Source: an uncultured virus (IMG/VR IMGVR_UViG_3300025804_000224)
Taxonomy: Duplodnaviria; Heunggongvirae; Uroviricota; Caudoviricetes
Length of the DNA stretch: 64,000 nucleotides
Virus record (IMG/VR): IMGVR_UViG_3300025804_000224
Reading direction: 5' to 3' (one strand)
The notes under the pieces are model-generated. The model had not been told where the DNA came from and did no database searches. It saw only the letters and a list, made by a program, of their open reading frames with translations. How positions within the stretch are numbered: position 1 is the stretch's first letter; each line of letters begins with the position of its first letter. A program made the translations under genes and the position numbers. Of the stretch, positions 20,796-30,020 are shown piece after piece.

Positions 20796-21998
20796 ATGAA
20801 ATACTTTGATGAAATTGATTACCTATATGGATGTAACTCCAGGTATACTAACGGACTAAAAGACTTTGCTAAGGGATTTAACCCTAGTGCAGTTAAGAGT
20901 GCAATAAAAGGAGTAGATACTAAGGGATTAGCTAAGGATGCTAAGAACTTAGGATCTCAGGCATGGAGTTCAGTTAAATCTGGAGCTACTGGAGCTCTTG
21001 ATAAAGCTAAGTCAGTTACTTCAGGTGCACGTGGAGCTATGAGTACTGAGGCTAAGATAGCTAAGAATACCTTTAAAGCTAATGGAGGTGGACTTAAAGG
21101 TGCAGCTAAGACAGCTCAGGGTTATGGTAACTTAGCTAAACATTCAGTTCAGATGAAAGGAGCTAAGGCACTTAACTTTGCTAAGGCTAATCCAGGTAAG
21201 GTAGCTCTAGGTGTAGCTGCCGTAGCTGCAGCAAGTGCAGCTCTTATAGGAGCATATAAACTACATAATATCAAACGTGATGGTGAACTATATGCTTACT
21301 ATACTACATCGAATGGAGGTACTGTTATTGAGGAAAGGATAGCCTCTATACCTAAGTCAATGAATCCAGATGACCTAAAATCTAAAGTCGAGGAAACTAG
21401 AGCTAAACTTAAAGCTAAAGGTGCTACTAAGATTAAACTCAGAGTAGTATATGACAAATCGAGATTAGCTCAACTTAAAGAGAATATGAGTAATCTCTTT
21501 AAGAAGAAATCTAATTCACGTGAAGTGATTAATTCTAGATGCCTCGATATTTATGGTGGAGGCATTGTATCTAATTCTCGAATGATTAATAGCTTCCCAT
21601 GGAAGACTATTGGAGTAATTAGTGCAGCTGCAGGTGCCATTGCAGGTGGAATCGGACTCTATAAGCATCATCAGAATCAGCCAGTTAGTAAGTATGGTGA
21701 TGTATATGTATTCTATCTCGATCGTTCTGACATGATGTTTAAGTATCGTAAGATGGATACTATTACTCCTGAGATGACTAATGGTCAGGCTGATAGAATT
21801 ATTAGTAAAGCTGAGGATCAGATTGAGAAGCTGACATATGGTAAGTACAATGAGTTCTATACCTGTGATGTAATCAGCAATCCTACTGATATCAATAAGA
21901 TTGCACTTGCTGAGTATGACTATATCATAAGTCAGGTAATCTCATCTTACTCAAGTAGAGCATATGATAGTGGATATAGTAAAGGTATCAACTATTAA
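20796..21998 (+). CDS. Fusion of paralog subfamily-1 and subfamily-2 units
   Basis: Domain nearly identical to 18047..18838, an NSR linker, then a QPVSKYGD...MTNGQ domain. Confidence 0.75.
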   Translation: MKYFDEIDYLYGCNSRYTNGLKDFAKGFNPSAVKSAIKGVDTKGLAKDAKNLGSQAWSSVKSGATGALDKAKSVTSGARGAMSTEAKIAKNTFKANGGGLKGAAKTAQGYGNLAKHSVQMKGAKALNFAKANPGKVALGVAAVAAASAALIGAYKLHNIKRDGELYAYYTTSNGGTVIEERIASIPKSMNPDDLKSKVEETRAKLKAKGATKIKLRVVYDKSRLAQLKENMSNLFKKKSNSREVINSRCLDIYGGGIVSNSRMINSFPWKTIGVISAAAGAIAGGIGLYKHHQNQPVSKYGDVYVFYLDRSDMMFKYRKMDTITPEMTNGQADRIISKAEDQIEKLTYGKYNEFYTCDVISNPTDINKIALAEYDYIISQVISSYSSRAYDSGYSKGINY

Positions 21999-22029
21999 TT
22001 ACTAGATAACAATAACTAAATTAAATAAT

Positions 22030-23307
22030 ATGTATAGTATTCGTATTCTAAGACGTGGAATCAATTCACGTTTCTATCAGATGAACTCAGAGACTGAGCT
22101 CGTTGGTAAGGATGTAGAGATCTCTGATGGTAATCAGACTTCTCAGGGTGAGGTCAAAGAGGTATCGTCTAATGCAGATAAGACTACTCTGACTCTCGAT
22201 AATGGAGATCAGGTGGACTTGAAGCCTAGTGAGACTCAGGACCTTATGACTCAGGGTCAGGCAGTTTCTGAGCCTGATGATAATGGTGCAACTGCTACAG
22301 TACACACTAACTCCGATGAACCTAAGGATTTCCAGGTTAGTCGTGATGTGACTGATGCTGATGGTAATACTAACTGTGTTACTACTAAGGTCAGTGCTAA
22401 CTCTGAGGCTGACGCTATTAAGACTGTCTCTATGCTTGACTCTCGTAGACGTCGTAATTCTCGTAACTATCATGCATGGCTCATCAATTCTGATGTAGCT
22501 AAGGCTGATGCAGGTGACGATGATAACTTCGTCGTAGCTGATCCTGACGTTAAAGATCCTAATGTCCAGGCTGAGGTGAAACCTCAGGAGGATATTGATC
22601 CAGGTGATACTATCATCGCTAAGGGTACTCAGGATGAGATGGAGTCTGTAGTTAATGCAGTTAACTCCCGTAAGTTCACTATCCTCAACTCTCGTATGTA
22701 TAACTCCGATGCTGATCCTGAGGAGACTCACGCTGTAGTTGATCCTGACGTTAAGGATCCTACTGTTGAGCCTGAGGTTAAGCCTGTTACTGATATCGAT
22801 CCAGGTGATACTGTGATTGCTAAGGGTACTGAGGATGAGATGAACTCAGTTGCTAAGGTAGTCAACTCTCGTAAACAGCAACTCCTTAACTCCGATACTT
22901 ACTACATCGCACGTCGAGTGACTGCCAATGGACGTACAGTCCAGAAAGTAGCTGAAGTCACTGCACCTGATGTAGCTGCAGCTGTTAAGGCAGTCCAGAG
23001 TAAGGACCTTAGCAATGATGTTAAGGCTGAGGATTATAAGGTAGTTAATCCTGATCCTGATGCTGAAGCTGAACTAGCTAAGGCTAAGCCTCAGATCAAC
23101 TCTGATGTCGAGGTACCTGAGGGTCAGGAAGTTGATGGTGATAAAGTACCTGATGATACTGAATCTGATAAAGGTACTGATAAAGGTACCGATGGAGGTA
23201 AGGTAGAGGATCCGAATAAGGATGAGGGTGATGATACCCGTAGTGAGAACTCTCGTAAGGGTGTAGCTGACTTTGTCCAGCGTATGTATGGAGTTAAGCT
23301 CGGTTAA
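22030..23307 (+). CDS. Putative prohead core/scaffold protein
   Basis: Very acidic; directly upstream of the capsid; internal ~60-aa duplication; at least 13 NS motifs; codon usage like the capsid gene. Confidence 0.65.
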   Translation: MYSIRILRRGINSRFYQMNSETELVGKDVEISDGNQTSQGEVKEVSSNADKTTLTLDNGDQVDLKPSETQDLMTQGQAVSEPDDNGATATVHTNSDEPKDFQVSRDVTDADGNTNCVTTKVSANSEADAIKTVSMLDSRRRRNSRNYHAWLINSDVAKADAGDDDNFVVADPDVKDPNVQAEVKPQEDIDPGDTIIAKGTQDEMESVVNAVNSRKFTILNSRMYNSDADPEETHAVVDPDVKDPTVEPEVKPVTDIDPGDTVIAKGTEDEMNSVAKVVNSRKQQLLNSDTYYIARRVTANGRTVQKVAEVTAPDVAAAVKAVQSKDLSNDVKAEDYKVVNPDPDAEAELAKAKPQINSDVEVPEGQEVDGDKVPDDTESDKGTDKGTDGGKVEDPNKDEGDDTRSENSRKGVADFVQRMYGVKLG

Positions 23308-23352
23308 CTCTCAAATAAACTAATTGTAAATAATAAATAAATATATCACAAT

Positions 23353-24873
23353 ATGAAAGGTGAAGTAAATGTAAGTCGCCTGATGTTCTCTGTATTGGAG
23401 TCAGGTAAGACTAATAAGACCTTTGACCTCCGTAAGAGAATTATGAATTCTACTACAGGTGGCAGTAAGGGTCTAGCTAGTTTCTCACGTCTTGATGCAT
23501 ATAGTCAGATGTGTGCTAACTTTGATAACTTGCTCAATGTAGCTAACCGTAAGGCACGTTTTACTAACTCTGCAGCTAGCTATGGTGACTCCGCTGACTC
23601 TGTTAATCAGATTAGTGTAGGTATTGATGCAACTATCAGAGCTTACGCTGACTCTATGAAGGGATTCCTCGCCCGTGAGGAGTCGATCAATGCACCTAAT
23701 GCACTTATCACTATCTTCGATGCAGTTGATGCATTCGATGATACTATCATCAGTCCTAACCTCGGTCCTATCAACTATGATAAGCTCCGTCACTCGAAAC
23801 CTACATCTGGTATGGTTGAGAGTTCTACTGGTACCTTCACGTTCAAGCCAGGTAAGAAGATCCTTCCTCGTACAGTTAAGATGACTGTATTTGCAGAGGA
23901 TGGAGATAAGGAAGTTGAGATTCCTAAGACTCTCATCACTGATGATGGTTATGGTAATCTGAGTGCAGCTCCTGGTGTACTTACTGCAGCTACTGTAGAC
24001 TATGCTAACGGTAAGGTTACTTGGACTTTCGGTAAAGTCACAGTTGACGGTAAGGAATATACTCCGACTAAGGTTAAGGTAGAGGTTTGCATCGATCAGA
24101 CTGGTGATGCATCTAATGCAGGTACTCGTACTCATATTAAGGGTAAGCAGGTAGGTTACCTCGTATCGACTACACCTGAGCTCCTTACTTATGAGCAGAA
24201 TATCATTGAGAATGTGTCTGTATCTAAGACACTCGGAAGTGATATGAGTGTGTATCTGAGTGAGCGTCTAGCTGAGCTCTATACCGTTAGAATCAACACT
24301 ATGATGGCTGAGGCTATTGATGACTATAAGGATGAGGATACTATCACGATTAACTTCTCTGGAGTTAGCTTTGATAATACTCGTTCTTACAGTGACTTCT
24401 TCTACAATAAGCTCAGTGAGGCTAGCCTTGCAGCTAAGGAGAAGGTATATCGACTCGGTGAGCCTAATGTCATTCTCGCAGGTAATAAGGGTATCATCCC
24501 ATTCCGTAAGCTCCAGCAGATTGGTGTATACACTAAGGTAAAGAGCTCAAATGTGGTAGGTCTCGTAGGTTACCTCGATGACGTTACTCCAGTCCTTCAG
24601 TCCGATGTGATTAAGGAGAATGCTGAGGCAGCTAATCCTGAGGATGAGAATGCTAAGGGTGAGGGTGTATTCTACATGGGTTACAAATCTACTGATGGTA
24701 GCGTAGCTCCTCTCCTTGACGTCATCTACCTCCCGTTGACTACTACTCCTAATGTAGGTAACTTCGCTAATCCAGTCCAGACATCTGGTGGTTACTACTA
24801 TGCAGAGAGTGTATATCCTCTGTATAAGAATGCAATCCAGAGGTGCCGTGTACTCGGATTCACTAAGTATTAA
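23353..24873 (+). CDS. Major capsid protein (T4 gp23/HK97-like) with insertion domain
   Basis: 506 aa; follows the scaffold; YLPLTTT...NPVQ..G.YY C-terminal pattern; distinct C-ending codon bias; downstream terminator. Confidence 0.8.
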   Translation: MKGEVNVSRLMFSVLESGKTNKTFDLRKRIMNSTTGGSKGLASFSRLDAYSQMCANFDNLLNVANRKARFTNSAASYGDSADSVNQISVGIDATIRAYADSMKGFLAREESINAPNALITIFDAVDAFDDTIISPNLGPINYDKLRHSKPTSGMVESSTGTFTFKPGKKILPRTVKMTVFAEDGDKEVEIPKTLITDDGYGNLSAAPGVLTAATVDYANGKVTWTFGKVTVDGKEYTPTKVKVEVCIDQTGDASNAGTRTHIKGKQVGYLVSTTPELLTYEQNIIENVSVSKTLGSDMSVYLSERLAELYTVRINTMMAEAIDDYKDEDTITINFSGVSFDNTRSYSDFFYNKLSEASLAAKEKVYRLGEPNVILAGNKGIIPFRKLQQIGVYTKVKSSNVVGLVGYLDDVTPVLQSDVIKENAEAANPEDENAKGEGVFYMGYKSTDGSVAPLLDVIYLPLTTTPNVGNFANPVQTSGGYYYAESVYPLYKNAIQRCRVLGFTKY

Positions 24874-24923
24874 TCCTACTGGAGTTGATCGACCTCTGTA
24901 GTTAATCAACCATAAGTACGTTG

Positions 24924-24963
24924 GGTACCCTGATTTCCTGAAATATGGAGTCAGGGTACCTTT
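24924..24963 (+). terminator. Rho-independent terminator after the capsid gene
   Basis: GGTACCCTGA...TCAGGGTACC stem followed by TTT. Confidence 0.7.
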
Positions 24964-24990
24964 AAGTAATTTAGTTCCAAATCTTTATCT

Positions 24991-26130
24991 ATGATTTATT
25001 CAGTCAACTCCATTTTATTTCAAGTACCTGATGGAGTTACTTACTTTGAGTTTATAGTAGGTAATACTAGGTCAGTTGAAGTAAAGAATGACCTAATTAT
25101 ATTCACTTATATTCAAGGTGATACAGCTAAGTCATTCACTGAAGGATTAGGTAAATATAAACCTATATACCCTGACTGGATAATAGTTCCGTATATAAGA
25201 CCTTATAAAATAACTTACCAATCTATAGGAATAAATAAAGATAAAGAATTTATTAAGTTATGCTTTGAGTCACTCCATTTTACTCAGCTAATCTATAAGA
25301 TAAATGAGTTCAAGTTTAGGAATGAATATTATAACTTCATAATATTAGTTCCGAGTCAGGGTGACCATACTTTAGATGAATATTATAATTATCTCGAGTC
25401 AACTAGACTAATATCGATAGAGAATAGAGTAGATGAATTTCAGGAGTTGAGGAATAGATTAGTACATAATAGTAAGACCGAAGACCTCCCAAGTAATAGA
25501 GTTTATCTACCTTATTCTAAGTATCGTCAGTATAGGATAATGGCATTAGATTACCTAACTGACTTTTTTAATAAGATAGGGAAGTCATTTGAAGAGTATG
25601 GATTTGAGTTAGTTGAATATGAGAAACTAAAGGATGCAAAGACTAGTAATTTAGTCACATTCAGGATAAATTCACACACTAAGGAATTTAATCACAGGAT
25701 AATAGTAGGTGAACCTGAACATGACTTAATGTTCTCAGGTAGCAGAGTCTCATTTGCATTGATGACTCCAGATACAGATATATATGAGGACTTTAAAGCT
25801 AGGTATAATAACATAGATATTATACAGAATCAACGTGAGTTCTCATGTGAGGATAAATATGGGTATCCATGGAGATATGATGTATATTGGCAGTCCCAAT
25901 TAGATGGAGGATTCTCACATGAGTTTCCTCAGACTGAGTTATCTACCTATGGTTACTCATTCCAATTTACAGCTACACTTGAATTCTTTGATGTATATGA
26001 TAAAGTGTATGGATTGATGGAGACATTCCTCATTAATTACGTATCTAAAGATAGGCTAAATGAGAATAAGTATGAAGAGACATGGAATAAACTCAACAAG
26101 GGTTTATCCCCAGTCGAAAGTAGAGGATAA
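24991..26130 (+). CDS. Hypothetical structural protein (possible tail terminator/neck)
   Basis: 379 aa; position and YSFQFTATLE C-terminal strand; weak. Confidence 0.45.
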   Translation: MIYSVNSILFQVPDGVTYFEFIVGNTRSVEVKNDLIIFTYIQGDTAKSFTEGLGKYKPIYPDWIIVPYIRPYKITYQSIGINKDKEFIKLCFESLHFTQLIYKINEFKFRNEYYNFIILVPSQGDHTLDEYYNYLESTRLISIENRVDEFQELRNRLVHNSKTEDLPSNRVYLPYSKYRQYRIMALDYLTDFFNKIGKSFEEYGFELVEYEKLKDAKTSNLVTFRINSHTKEFNHRIIVGEPEHDLMFSGSRVSFALMTPDTDIYEDFKARYNNIDIIQNQREFSCEDKYGYPWRYDVYWQSQLDGGFSHEFPQTELSTYGYSFQFTATLEFFDVYDKVYGLMETFLINYVSKDRLNENKYEETWNKLNKGLSPVESRG

Positions 26131-26413
26131 GCAGTTACTCCATTCCTTATTCGATAATAAATTTAATTATCTTAACATAAGGGATTCAGATAATGGACTT
26201 ATCATTTCAGTTCCAAATAACTCTAGGTCAGTGGAATTGAGTCTAACTGATGATGGGTTATTCAGAGTAAAGTCCAGATGTGCTGACTGTACATTTAAGG
26301 ACACTACAAGTACATGTAATGAAATAGTACTAGACCTAGTAACTAGACAGTTGTTTGATTCAGGTTTTAGTAATGTTATGTTAAATTCTATTAATAAGGC
26401 ATTTATAAGATGA
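26060..26413 (+). CDS. Hypothetical protein
   Basis: 117 aa; GINS and MLNS motifs; overlaps the previous gene. Confidence 0.5.
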   Translation: MRISMKRHGINSTRVYPQSKVEDKQLLHSLFDNKFNYLNIRDSDNGLIISVPNNSRSVELSLTDDGLFRVKSRCADCTFKDTTSTCNEIVLDLVTRQLFDSGFSNVMLNSINKAFIR

Positions 26414-26919
26414 ATCAAGCTACCATAATATTAATTACATCAATATGCAGTATGGTTATGTCAGTTGCAGCTGTAGTTGGATTAGTCCATAAGTACTCAG
26501 ATAGGATATTTCACTCCATATTTAGGAAGGCTATAGAGTCAATTAATATGGAGGAATTAAGTAAGGACTCAAGGATATACTCTATTATTGAGGAACATAA
26601 TCGATTAATAGAGGAATCTGGTAAACTTAAATCTACACTTAGTGAACAGGGAGATACTTTAAATAATATAATAACTAAGGTAGATGACTTAGTCACTAAC
26701 CTAAGATCAATGCAGATTAATGAATTTAGGAGTGACCTTAGGAGTAGATTAGAGTATTGTATTCAATGTAAGGGTAAGGTGGATGATATTTATTGGGACC
26801 ATATCTCAATGGATTTTAATCATTATATAAATGACTTACATCTGAATTCATATATTAAAGCTTTATTTACTGAGGCTGAGAAATTATATATAGATAGGAA
26901 TATTAAGCATGAAATATAA
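26410..26919 (+). CDS. Membrane-anchored coiled-coil protein (holin/antiholin-like)
   Basis: N-terminal TM helix plus coiled coil; first of three membrane genes. Confidence 0.5.
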   Translation: MNQATIILITSICSMVMSVAAVVGLVHKYSDRIFHSIFRKAIESINMEELSKDSRIYSIIEEHNRLIEESGKLKSTLSEQGDTLNNIITKVDDLVTNLRSMQINEFRSDLRSRLEYCIQCKGKVDDIYWDHISMDFNHYINDLHLNSYIKALFTEAEKLYIDRNIKHEI

Positions 26920-27217
26920 GATTAATTGGCTTAGGGATAGCTTAGGTGACCTGAACTATTCTAGGGTAGTAGGATCTATATTATTACTTATATTTCAGCC
27001 TACATTCATAGTATATACTATAGTTAAATATGGGATTGATGGGATAAATAACTTATTTCAATTCCTTATTATATGTATTCCATCTATAGTAGCTGTATTC
27101 TTACTCTTAATAGACTTATTTAGAGATAAGAACTATATGAAGATTAAATTTGGTATTTCAGAAATAAGTGTAGGTGATAAAGATGAGAAACCTGATACTG
27201 AATCTACTCAAGAATAA
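26909..27217 (+). CDS. Putative holin
   Basis: 102 aa; two TM helices; charged C-tail. Confidence 0.55.
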   Translation: MKYKINWLRDSLGDLNYSRVVGSILLLIFQPTFIVYTIVKYGIDGINNLFQFLIICIPSIVAVFLLLIDLFRDKNYMKIKFGISEISVGDKDEKPDTESTQE

Positions 27218-27794
27218 CTGGTTTACTATAGCTCTAGTCTTACTAACTGCTATTGGTATCTCAAGTTACTATAAAGGTGAGGTTAATAAACTAAAAACTG
27301 AGTTAGCTGTAAGTAAGACTAACTTATACACTTACACCCATAAGATTGACCAAGACCTCCCCATAGGAACAGTAGCTCAACTGACTAAGGATGAGATTAA
27401 GAAGTCTGGAGATAAGTTAACTAAGAAGGTAGCTGAGGAAACTAAAGTAAATTCTAAATCTAAGTTAGTAGGTGGAGTAGCTACTGAGTATAAGGATACA
27501 TTTAGTGTTAAATATAACTTTGATGTACCTAAAGTAGATACAGTGACTCAAGTTAATGACTATACTAAGCTTACTATTAAGTCAACTGACTCTACTCTAA
27601 CTATAATACCTGAGATGACTGATACTCTATATATTAATATAAAGATAAGTAAGGTATATAGGACTCAGTATAAGAATTGGTTAGTTAGATTTCTGCATTT
27701 TGATTGGCATAAAGTTGATAAGTTAGATTATGAACTGAAACATACCAATAAATCAATTAAATTCAAAGATGTAAAAATAATAAAAGTAATATAA
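27174..27794 (+). CDS. Putative spanin-like lysis protein
   Basis: N-terminal TM, coiled coil and soluble domain; follows the holin. Confidence 0.45.
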   Translation: MIKMRNLILNLLKNNWFTIALVLLTAIGISSYYKGEVNKLKTELAVSKTNLYTYTHKIDQDLPIGTVAQLTKDEIKKSGDKLTKKVAEETKVNSKSKLVGGVATEYKDTFSVKYNFDVPKVDTVTQVNDYTKLTIKSTDSTLTIIPEMTDTLYINIKISKVYRTQYKNWLVRFLHFDWHKVDKLDYELKHTNKSIKFKDVKIIKVI

Positions 27795-27795
27795 T

Positions 27796-28482
27796 ATGGA
27801 AGTGACTAGATATGAAAATGGTATTAAGTTACCTAAGTTACCAGTCAAGATGTTAGCTACTATAGCTGCAGTTGAGGGTGCACTTAATTTCATTGAAAGG
27901 AATGTTGACTTCAATGTATCCCTGAGTAAGGATAGGTCACAGTTTACTATTACCTTTGCTGACTGGACTGGTGACTTTAATACTCGTGCATTAAGTCTAC
28001 CTGAAGGATGTAAATTCGATGGAATTAGGGTAGGTCAGAAGAAAGGTCATAAAGTAATTTCACTTGACTACAAATTGAGTAAGGAGGATCAGAATAGACT
28101 CATTAAAGAGAGTGGAATCTATTCTGATTCAGATTATGATAAAGCTGCACTCAACTGGATGCAGAGTAGACCTAGACGTAATGACTATAATCCTAATTAC
28201 CGTAATTCTAGGGAATCTAACTCTATTATCTTTACGTCAGCTGGAGATGATGATAGAGTAACTAAGATTCTACATGACTTTATTGAAGCTAGGTTACTAG
28301 AAGATAATATCTCTTCATCTAATCGTATTGGTTATGATAGGGATACTGTATACATTGAGATAGGTGTACGTAATCAAAGTGACGTAGATAAGGTGAAGAA
28401 TATATTCCGTAGAATGTTCATTATTAAGTCATCTAGTGTAACTAAAGGTGACTATGAGTATATACTCACTCTTGAACTCTAA
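27796..28482 (+). CDS. Hypothetical two-domain protein
   Basis: 228 aa; YRNSRESNS linker. Confidence 0.6.
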   Translation: MEVTRYENGIKLPKLPVKMLATIAAVEGALNFIERNVDFNVSLSKDRSQFTITFADWTGDFNTRALSLPEGCKFDGIRVGQKKGHKVISLDYKLSKEDQNRLIKESGIYSDSDYDKAALNWMQSRPRRNDYNPNYRNSRESNSIIFTSAGDDDRVTKILHDFIEARLLEDNISSSNRIGYDRDTVYIEIGVRNQSDVDKVKNIFRRMFIIKSSSVTKGDYEYILTLEL

Positions 28483-28493
28483 TTAGGATAGTT

Positions 28494-28997
28494 ATGAATA
28501 TAGATGTTAAATTATTTCCATGGGGAGTAAGGTCAGCATCAGGAACTGACATACCTGAGGAAGTTCTTGATGAGTACCTTGATTCAGATAGATGTAAGGA
28601 TGCACTTGATAGACATATCTTAGTTGGTGGACTTTCTCATATAGCTAGATCTATCTCAGATGACCTTGCATCTAAGATAGGTCAGGATGATGTACAGTTA
28701 CTAGATGGTACTGCAACTCACTATATCACTAAGTACTGGAAAGGTCCAGATGGATATGTATACTGTAATGCTCAGATATTCGATCCACATGACTTCGATG
28801 TAGATCAAGCTAAACAGATTAATAGATTAATTGGTTATCTTAAGTCAGGTGTAAGGTTAGGTGTATCAGTTGTAGTTGATGCTATTACTGATAAATTTAC
28901 AGGTAAAGCTAGTAAGTTACTCGCTATAATCGGATTTGACTTTACCTTTAATCCTGCATTTAATGATACTAAAATAGTTAAGATTTATGAAGACTGA
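28494..28997 (+). CDS. Prohead core protease (T4 gp21-like)
   Basis: GGLSH, ATHYI, SGVRLGVS and GFDFTFNPAF match the herpes/gp21-fold protease pattern. Confidence 0.8.
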   Translation: MNIDVKLFPWGVRSASGTDIPEEVLDEYLDSDRCKDALDRHILVGGLSHIARSISDDLASKIGQDDVQLLDGTATHYITKYWKGPDGYVYCNAQIFDPHDFDVDQAKQINRLIGYLKSGVRLGVSVVVDAITDKFTGKASKLLAIIGFDFTFNPAFNDTKIVKIYED

Positions 28998-29577
28998 GTC
29001 ATTTATATATAATGGTAAGGAATGTGTACGTCAGCTCATCTGTTTCAGTCAGGGAGTTAGGAAGTACGGAATTAGTAAAGATGCACCTATTATAGGTGTA
29101 GTTAATGCTAATTCTTATGAGAATTCCTATCGTCAGCTAAATGCAGAGATTAGACCTGATATACTTAATGGATTAGTTAAGTTCTGGACTGCTGTACCTT
29201 CAGTTAGGTTCAGATTCCTAGTTATCTCATTCCAGAAATATATAGGTCAGAATGCAGATAAGTATAAGACGGATGAGAATTATCGTAAGTCAGTAACTAC
29301 CCTACTCTTAGCTCTATTCCAACAGATTCTTATTGACTGTAATAGTGACGTAATTGAGCATAAACCTTTAGCTCAGATACTTAGAGTAAGTGCTATTCAA
29401 CATAGTGAAGGATTAGCTACTGCATTTAGGAAATTTGATATACCTTATCAGAAATCTGTAGCTATGCAGAAATCTGGTAGTGGATTTATACCTAAGAATA
29501 TCTCAGATGAGTCCATCAAGGAGTTCAATGAGGTAGTTAGTGAACTTTTAAAATTAGTAACAATTAAATTAGTTTAG
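28987..29577 (+). CDS. Hypothetical protein
   Basis: 196-aa ORF coupled to the protease gene. Confidence 0.6.
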   Translation: MKTESFIYNGKECVRQLICFSQGVRKYGISKDAPIIGVVNANSYENSYRQLNAEIRPDILNGLVKFWTAVPSVRFRFLVISFQKYIGQNADKYKTDENYRKSVTTLLLALFQQILIDCNSDVIEHKPLAQILRVSAIQHSEGLATAFRKFDIPYQKSVAMQKSGSGFIPKNISDESIKEFNEVVSELLKLVTIKLV

Positions 29578-29578
29578 T

Positions 29579-30019
29579 ATGCTTAAACTATTATCTAGAA
29601 TTAAAGATGGACTCCATGATAAAGGTATAGAGCTTATTAACTCTCAGATTGATGGAGATGCCATTAAGTTATGTTGTTCAGTTAATGGAGGTAAGTGCCC
29701 TCTATTGAATGCTTATATCATCCCTGATGGAGATGACTATAACTTCTATACACTCGATAATAATGGTAATAAGTCCAATGAGTGTAGAGTTTGTGAGTCA
29801 GACATCATTAATAAACTCGATGAGGTAGCTAACCCTAATCTCGATAGAGATAGTGGACCTAAGGTAGATGATACTCGGACTGACTTAGTTACTATCACTA
29901 TGGAGGATGGACAGACTGATACTAAGAGAGTTCCTCACAATACCTATAATAACGCTAGGTATGCTTACTCTAAGAAGTTCAGTCGCATGGGTACTATCAC
30001 TAATATAAAGGAGGCATAA
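29579..30019 (+). CDS. Hypothetical protein
   Basis: 146-aa ORF; LINS motif. Confidence 0.6.
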   Translation: MLKLLSRIKDGLHDKGIELINSQIDGDAIKLCCSVNGGKCPLLNAYIIPDGDDYNFYTLDNNGNKSNECRVCESDIINKLDEVANPNLDRDSGPKVDDTRTDLVTITMEDGQTDTKRVPHNTYNNARYAYSKKFSRMGTITNIKEA

Positions 30020-30020
30020 T

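Noticed and set aside
1..22900. AAYTCACGT as a dispersed DNA repeat
   Set aside because: The copies I checked within genes are in frame as Asn-Ser-Arg and alternate with synonymous codons, so it is treated as a protein motif.
22087..24909. Long minus-strand ORFs (22087..22731, 23485..24135, 24547..24909; also 41895..42395, 42957..43406)
   Set aside because: They are antisense shadows of codon-biased + strand genes and lack protein-like features.
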